DNA of 64,000 bases from assembly GCA_964493715.1 (NCBI GenBank), contig CAZBPC010000010.1:278-64277 (forward strand), in the 5' to 3' direction. A model generated the notes under the pieces. It ran no database searches, had not been told where the DNA came from, and worked only from the letters and a program-made list of their open reading frames with translations. This document shows positions 58,826 through 64,000 of the stretch, piece by piece. The stretch is from an uncultured archaeon (GTDB lineage Archaea; Asgardarchaeota; Lokiarchaeia; Sigyniarchaeales; SOKP01). Positions within the stretch are counted from its first letter, which is position 1, and every line of letters begins with the position of its first letter. The position numbers were made by a program, and so were the translations under genes.

Positions 58826-59383
58826 TTAAAGCTCTACTTCAATATTTTCTATGAAATGATCAATAGTTTGCTCAAGATCAATTAAACTATCAATATCCGT
58901 AATTTCAGAGCTCGCAACTTTATTAAGAAATTCTTTAAGTAGCTTTTCTTTTCGTTTATCTTGGGGAAAAATTAAGCTACTTTTGTAATGCTCCCAATCC
59001 AAAATTCCCGTAAAAATAATAAAGAGCGTTTCAATGTGGCTAAAATCCACGATGCCTTGTAATTTTTCCTTAGAAATAAGAGTCTTTGTATGATCTTTGT
59101 AAAATCCAGAAAGGTCGTCATAATAATTGGTAATTCGAGCAATATTATCTAATTGAGTTCGAAGGGCTGCTTGATTAATGGGACTATCTTCATCCCGGTA
59201 CATTATTTCAAAGTAACTATTAATGAAATCTTTCAATTTCTGGAGTTTTTGCTGGAACACTCTAGTTTTCACAATTCTTTCAAACATAGGAGATTCTTTA
59301 CTAGTATAGAACTTTAACTCGAACTTCATTATAGCTAAAATATCAAGAAATAACTCCTTTATTTCAAAATCATCGCTTGCCAT
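58826..59383 (-). CDS. Hypothetical helical protein
   Basis: 185-aa ORF downstream of the nucleotidyltransferase gene. No R-x4-6-H HEPN motif found. Confidence 0.4.
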   Translation of the reverse strand: MASDDFEIKELFLDILAIMKFELKFYTSKESPMFERIVKTRVFQQKLQKLKDFINSYFEIMYRDEDSPINQAALRTQLDNIARITNYYDDLSGFYKDHTKTLISKEKLQGIVDFSHIETLFIIFTGILDWEHYKSSLIFPQDKRKEKLLKEFLNKVASSEITDIDSLIDLEQTIDHFIENIEVEL

Positions 59384-59567
59384 GATTAATTCCTCAGAAT
59401 TATATCTAATTCGATCTAATTTTTAATAATTTAAGAAATTAACGATAAGGAATTTAGTATTAAATTGAAATATCTAAAATATTAAATTGGATCAAAATCT
59501 TAGCAGATTTAATAATCATTGATAATTATAATTCTAAGATCTTTTCAATAATGTTGATTTCCTCGGT

Positions 59568-60554
59568 CTAAAATTGTAAGGGAAAAGAGAACTTGGAGGT
59601 TGTAGTATTTGGGGGTTTTGATGGAATCCGAATTTCTTTTCTTTTAATTGTTTTTCTATATACAATTGCTTTTCCATGTATTTTAAGGATTCTAATTGGA
59701 CATCGCATCATAAACCTGAAATTATTCAGAGGAGAACCTCTTAGTGCCAAAAATTCATTGTAATATTTACGAGCTTTCTCCTGTTTCTTGGTTTTTTCAA
59801 AAGACACAAATCGATCTATAACTTGAGGAAGTGACCCTGTATCACCAAAACAATAAAAATTAGAAGCTTTTAATGACCATTTTATCGCTTCTAATTGATA
59901 TTTCATACCATTCAAGGCACGAAGAGGTCCAATTAAAATAGAAAAGAAAGAGATAAAGAGATTCATCGCCATACTTCTAAACATTTCGCGTATAGAAGTA
60001 TGAATGTTTGGTTTAATGATACCCCTGAGATCATCTCCATATAAAATTGTACTATTTTGAATTACATTACCAAGAACTATGTTCTTAGGAGCAAATATTG
60101 CTGAAAAGACTCGATTTACTCGGAATATCTTATGAAAAATCATTTCATTCCAAAATCGTTCTTTTGTAAGGAAATGACTTAGAAACATCCCCGTTGTGTT
60201 TTGAAGTACGCTAAGCGTGTAATGAAGAATATCAGATCGAGCGTCTCTAAAGTTATGTTTAATTTCTAAAGCAATAAAATATTTTTCAATATCTCGAATA
60301 TGTGAATTAGAGACCCTGTTTTTAAAGATGAATAATAAATCACAATCCGAAATAGAAGTATTTTCTTGATTTGGTCCTTGACTTCCAAACAAGACAATAG
60401 AAACAATTTTGTTAATTCCAATTTCTTTATTAATTAAGTTAACTATGTCCTTAATATATTTTTTAGATTGTAGGTTTATTCCTTCCAAGTTAGAAGAAAT
60501 CTTTTTCTTTATAGTCTCATCCGTTTCTGTTTCAGTAGTATTCGAATCTTGCAA
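59568..60554 (-). CDS. Pol-beta-superfamily nucleotidyltransferase-domain protein with an unassigned C-terminal domain
   Basis: IVSIVLFGSQGPNQENTSISDCDLLFIF gives the G[SG]-x(9-13)-DxD minimal NTase signature. 328 aa. Confidence 0.65.
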   Translation of the reverse strand: MQDSNTTETETDETIKKKISSNLEGINLQSKKYIKDIVNLINKEIGINKIVSIVLFGSQGPNQENTSISDCDLLFIFKNRVSNSHIRDIEKYFIALEIKHNFRDARSDILHYTLSVLQNTTGMFLSHFLTKERFWNEMIFHKIFRVNRVFSAIFAPKNIVLGNVIQNSTILYGDDLRGIIKPNIHTSIREMFRSMAMNLFISFFSILIGPLRALNGMKYQLEAIKWSLKASNFYCFGDTGSLPQVIDRFVSFEKTKKQEKARKYYNEFLALRGSPLNNFRFMMRCPIRILKIHGKAIVYRKTIKRKEIRIPSKPPNTTTSKFSFPLQF

Positions 60555-60626
60555 GATATTTCAAGTAAATTTTTCAATATTTAATTTTTTATGAACAACT
60601 TTTAGACACCAAGAGAGAATTTCATT

Positions 60627-61421
60627 TTATCTATAATATGAATCTGCACTTTTATCGTCCTCAATGGATCTCATAAAGTGTTCTGCTTGTTTTTTATATT
60701 TATCAACTACATCTTCCATTTCTTCAATTTTCTTATTTAATTCATCAAAATTCATATCAATTTTAAAGTAATCTTTGAGTAAAGTTACTAAGGCTTTGGA
60801 TGAACGTGGGTCTATTGTCATCATTGGCAATGGGAGCGTTTCAGCAAGCACACATATCCCTGGTGCAAAATTATTATGCCCCGCCCACGCAGGTAAGATT
60901 CCATTTGCTCCTGCAATAACACCTGTTTCCATCAATTTTGTATTATCATATTTAAGGAAAGAATCAACAATATTTGAATCTGTTCCACACACGTATACTG
61001 TGGGGATATCTCTAACTTTATCTGAAACCATTGCCCCAGTACTTAAATACATTTTAATTTTTCCCTTAGTTATTTTGTCCATTTCTTCACAAATTCTTTG
61101 AGAAAACTCAAAAACACCATATGACGTTTGAGGTTGATAATTTGCTGTTAAAATGAAAAAATCGTTGATGGTCTTCTCAGATTTGGGTTTATAATAAATC
61201 TTCGCGCTAGGAATTTCTAACATCCCATTTTCTACGTTAGATTTTGGAGGAAAATCATAACATGTGATATCTAAAAATTCTTCTGCTTTGATAGAATCTT
61301 TTATAGAAGTGATAGCAAGTTTAGCTACAAGGGCAATTCCGGGCCAGCCAACTAAAACCACAGGATCATGTAATTCTTCAGCATTAATTTCAAATTTCTG
61401 GTCTATTCTTATTTCCATCAA
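60627..61421 (-). CDS. PAC2-family (proteasome assembly chaperone-like) protein, second copy
   Basis: VVLVGWPGIALVAKLAITSI N-terminal motif. Same length (264 aa) as 28180..28974. C-terminus ends SYYR (HbYX-like). Confidence 0.7.
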   Translation of the reverse strand: MMEIRIDQKFEINAEELHDPVVLVGWPGIALVAKLAITSIKDSIKAEEFLDITCYDFPPKSNVENGMLEIPSAKIYYKPKSEKTINDFFILTANYQPQTSYGVFEFSQRICEEMDKITKGKIKMYLSTGAMVSDKVRDIPTVYVCGTDSNIVDSFLKYDNTKLMETGVIAGANGILPAWAGHNNFAPGICVLAETLPLPMMTIDPRSSKALVTLLKDYFKIDMNFDELNKKIEEMEDVVDKYKKQAEHFMRSIEDDKSADSYYR

Positions 61422-61431
61422 TATTTCTCCT

Positions 61432-62469
61432 TTAATTTGTTAAAAATTCTATTGATTCTCCACAGGATGGACAATATTTCAACTTAAAGTCCATGTGTTG
61501 TCCGCAGAATGGACAATATATTCCACTCTCAACGTACTCAGGTTGAGTTGGAGATATATAAACCCTTTGATAATTATCTGTTCTCTGATCATATCCTAAT
61601 CTTTTTCGGCTTTTCATTTGAATGAAAAGTGGCGTTAATAAACAAACAAATAGTGGCTCTAATAATATGAGTACAACGTCGTTCATTAAATTATAAATAA
61701 ATACCAAATCAAATCGCCGACTTGAGGGATTATACCATGAAACTAAAGTGGAATAATTCACAGGGAATGCTATTTCAATAATTAATTGATAAAATGTGTT
61801 TATGGTCAATATAATTAAATAAGAAACAATGAAAGTACCAATAATTTTCCAAAAAGCTCCCTTTGATAATATTTTTGCTTCTTTTATTGATCTTTCAGTA
61901 TTATCTAATTGATATGTGTAAATTGAGAATATATAAAATCCAAATATAACTATAGCAGGTATTACAAACATTAAGTTTCCAAGAGGAATGAATACACCTA
62001 ATATTAACAATACTATAATCATTTTTCGATTAAAAGCACCTTTCATTGATCCAATTAGGGATATTTTTTCACCAAAATAATTCTTATATAGATACATAGC
62101 AACAGAACACAGTCCTAATGTCGTAAATAGAGCACTAATGATATAATTCAATGTATCTATCCCCCAGGTAGTAAAAACATAAGTTAATATTGCATTTAAT
62201 TGCGATTGAGTAAGCGTTGTTGGATCTGCACTAAAAAGGGGGGTCACTGCAGCCTCCATTAAAATCAAGTCCCAATTTGCGTCTGTGAGTAATATTGTCC
62301 TTATTAATAAGGAAATAACGTAAAAAAAACTGATCGGTATAATAATCTTTAGCCAATTTTTTCCAAATAACTTAAATCCCGCCTTCAGTAACTCACTGAA
62401 GCCTTTGTTTGTTATTCTGGTTAACTCCTCTGGATCTTCAAACATAAACTTTAAAATTTTTCTAACCAT
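61432..62469 (-). CDS. Polytopic membrane protein with a C-terminal double CxxC zinc ribbon
   Basis: Six to seven TM segments, then YCPFCGQHMDFKLKYCPSCGESI at the extreme C-terminus. Starts 10 nt upstream of the PAC2 gene on the same strand. Confidence 0.6.
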   Translation of the reverse strand: MVRKILKFMFEDPEELTRITNKGFSELLKAGFKLFGKNWLKIIIPISFFYVISLLIRTILLTDANWDLILMEAAVTPLFSADPTTLTQSQLNAILTYVFTTWGIDTLNYIISALFTTLGLCSVAMYLYKNYFGEKISLIGSMKGAFNRKMIIVLLILGVFIPLGNLMFVIPAIVIFGFYIFSIYTYQLDNTERSIKEAKILSKGAFWKIIGTFIVSYLIILTINTFYQLIIEIAFPVNYSTLVSWYNPSSRRFDLVFIYNLMNDVVLILLEPLFVCLLTPLFIQMKSRKRLGYDQRTDNYQRVYISPTQPEYVESGIYCPFCGQHMDFKLKYCPSCGESIEFLTN

Positions 62470-62575
62470 ATAAATTTTTTAAATAAAAGTTATAATTATA
62501 ATGTTTCATTAGATATTCTTGAGGTATCTTGCAGTTAATGATTTAAAAAAATCTAAATAAACACCCCACTTTAAG

Positions 62576-64000
62576 ATGTACTCTCAAAAGCAACCAAGCC
62601 GAGAAATTCCTGGAATAATTTCTTATATGGATTTCTTTTCAACTAAGAAATTAGCATATTCATTATTTTTTAGCGTACCCGTATTGATTGGAATAGTATC
62701 ATTGATTTTGAACGCAATAAATGCAGGAATATGGAATTTTATTTACTTTTTTATAAACATTTCTATATTTTTTACGATCTCTGGTTCTGGAGCTATTTTA
62801 TCGATATCTTATTATGCTAAGAAAGCACCAATTTTAGGACCTCCTAATAAAGGAGGGTGGGGGCTTCAAATGAATTCTTTCTTTACTGGTATTATTGGAA
62901 TTTCATTAATTATTGGTCAAGTTTTGGTCATTTTTCTCAGAAATAACACTTTTCAAGATGCGCTTTTCATGTTGGGTACAGTTGTAGTTTATATCATCGC
63001 CTATGTCATCTATTTTTCATTCACGACCGCGGGAACATATGGTAATTTCGTTTTATCATTAGTTCAACCCATTATTGGAATCACCCTTTATGGAATACTA
63101 ACAGCTCAAATTTCAATAATTTTTTTTATTCGAGCTATTATATTTTTTTGTTTATGTGCTTTCATCTTTGCAGTTCCTTATGCTAGAAGCATGGTTCGAG
63201 TGAGTAATATCTATAGGGAACTCACTGGAATAGGGGGATATCCTTTTATCCGCGCATTCGTTTTATCAATGATGACAGATGGAAATGACGATCTCGTTGA
63301 AAGTTTTTTTGAGAACATAGGAATAGAATCAAACGTAAAAATCCAATATCTTTTTATTAGAGCTAGTAAATCAGAGAAATTAAAGGGATTGTTTGTCATT
63401 CCTCACGTTCATTTTGGTCCGTTTAAGACATGTGGTTCTTCAGATTTACCCGCAAAAATATATAAGCAATTTTCAAATATCCTTGGTATTACAGTATATC
63501 ACACAACGAATGATCATACTCAAAACTTAACATCGCAAAAAGAAGTTGATAAAATTATCTCACGTATTAAAGAAGATGTGAAGAAAATTGAGAAGATTGG
63601 AAGTGACAAATGGATAAATGAGATTGAGGACGTTTCACGTAAGATGTCAAATTCTGCTAAACTGATTGGAATTGAAATAAGTGAAATTCCTATCATTTTT
63701 TTAACCAGACATCCCTTACCTTCGGATGATATGCATGCTTCAATAGGGGAGCAGATTAGAAGTTATGCAAAATCAGAAGGATTCAGGGAAATAATCATTA
63801 TAGATTCTCATAATGCGATTATTGACGATGAGAACTTAATTAAGTTTGGATCAATTGAATCGAATGACCTGATTCGTGTTTCTCGAAATTTTATGAAGAG
63901 CATTAAAAACCAAAATGAAAAAAGTAGAAGTGTTGTACAATATGGTATTGCCAAAGATCCATTAAAAGAATTTACAGAAAAAGATGGAATTGGGCCTGGA
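62576..64000 (+). CDS. DUF2070-like archaeal membrane protein (3'-partial, runs off the window)
   Basis: ORF open from ATG 62576 to the window end (475 codons), absent from the ORF track because it has no stop. N-terminal multi-TM region, then a soluble domain with IPHVHFGPFKTCGSSDLP. The family call is from memory of DUF2070 architecture. Confidence 0.55.
   Translation, partial: MYSQKQPSREIPGIISYMDFFSTKKLAYSLFFSVPVLIGIVSLILNAINAGIWNFIYFFINISIFFTISGSGAILSISYYAKKAPILGPPNKGGWGLQMNSFFTGIIGISLIIGQVLVIFLRNNTFQDALFMLGTVVVYIIAYVIYFSFTTAGTYGNFVLSLVQPIIGITLYGILTAQISIIFFIRAIIFFCLCAFIFAVPYARSMVRVSNIYRELTGIGGYPFIRAFVLSMMTDGNDDLVESFFENIGIESNVKIQYLFIRASKSEKLKGLFVIPHVHFGPFKTCGSSDLPAKIYKQFSNILGITVYHTTNDHTQNLTSQKEVDKIISRIKEDVKKIEKIGSDKWINEIEDVSRKMSNSAKLIGIEISEIPIIFLTRHPLPSDDMHASIGEQIRSYAKSEGFREIIIIDSHNAIIDDENLIKFGSIESNDLIRVSRNFMKSIKNQNEKSRSVVQYGIAKDPLKEFTEKDGIGPG

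Overview
AT-rich (about 30% G+C by eye, not computed), densely coding archaeal chromosome segment. The archaeal call rests on an archaeoflavoprotein-type flavoprotein, two PAC2/Pba proteasome-chaperone homologues, an ADP-forming acyl-CoA synthetase, a DUF2070-like membrane protein, minimal SufCB plus NifS/NifU-type Fe-S machinery, a TnpB relic and an intron-bearing tRNA. The composition and eukaryote-like domains (SDS22-type LRR, long MPN proteins) suggest an Asgard/Loki-like lineage, but that is inference only. Content from left to right: a toxin-antitoxin islet (1-2.9 kb); three paralogous JAB/MPN proteins with long helical tails, including an adjacent MPN+/MPN- pair (3.6-10.3 kb); membrane proteins and an MFS transporter; a CopA copper ATPase with an unusual C-terminal metal-binding extension and a free-standing paralogue of its last module; scattered Fe-S biogenesis genes; MobA; a decayed TnpB; a multi-PAS histidine kinase with a DHp-only sensor and a receiver; dUTPase, dodecin, thiolase and PurE-RpiA-Rpe; a 1316-aa membrane-anchored subtilase; tRNA-Ala(GGC) with a D-loop insertion; an LRR protein; a racemase-family protein; and an MFS/coiled-coil fusion. 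No CRISPR array or rRNA was seen. The best candidate for an undescribed system is the MPN+/MPN- coiled-coil pair and its third paralogue flanked by zinc-ribbon proteins. Other points worth checking are the CopA Cys/His module duplication, the non-canonical tRNA intron, a double CxxC zinc-ribbon tail recurring on unrelated proteins, and two small genes each interrupted by one in-frame TAA. All family calls come from motif reading by eye; no database search was run.
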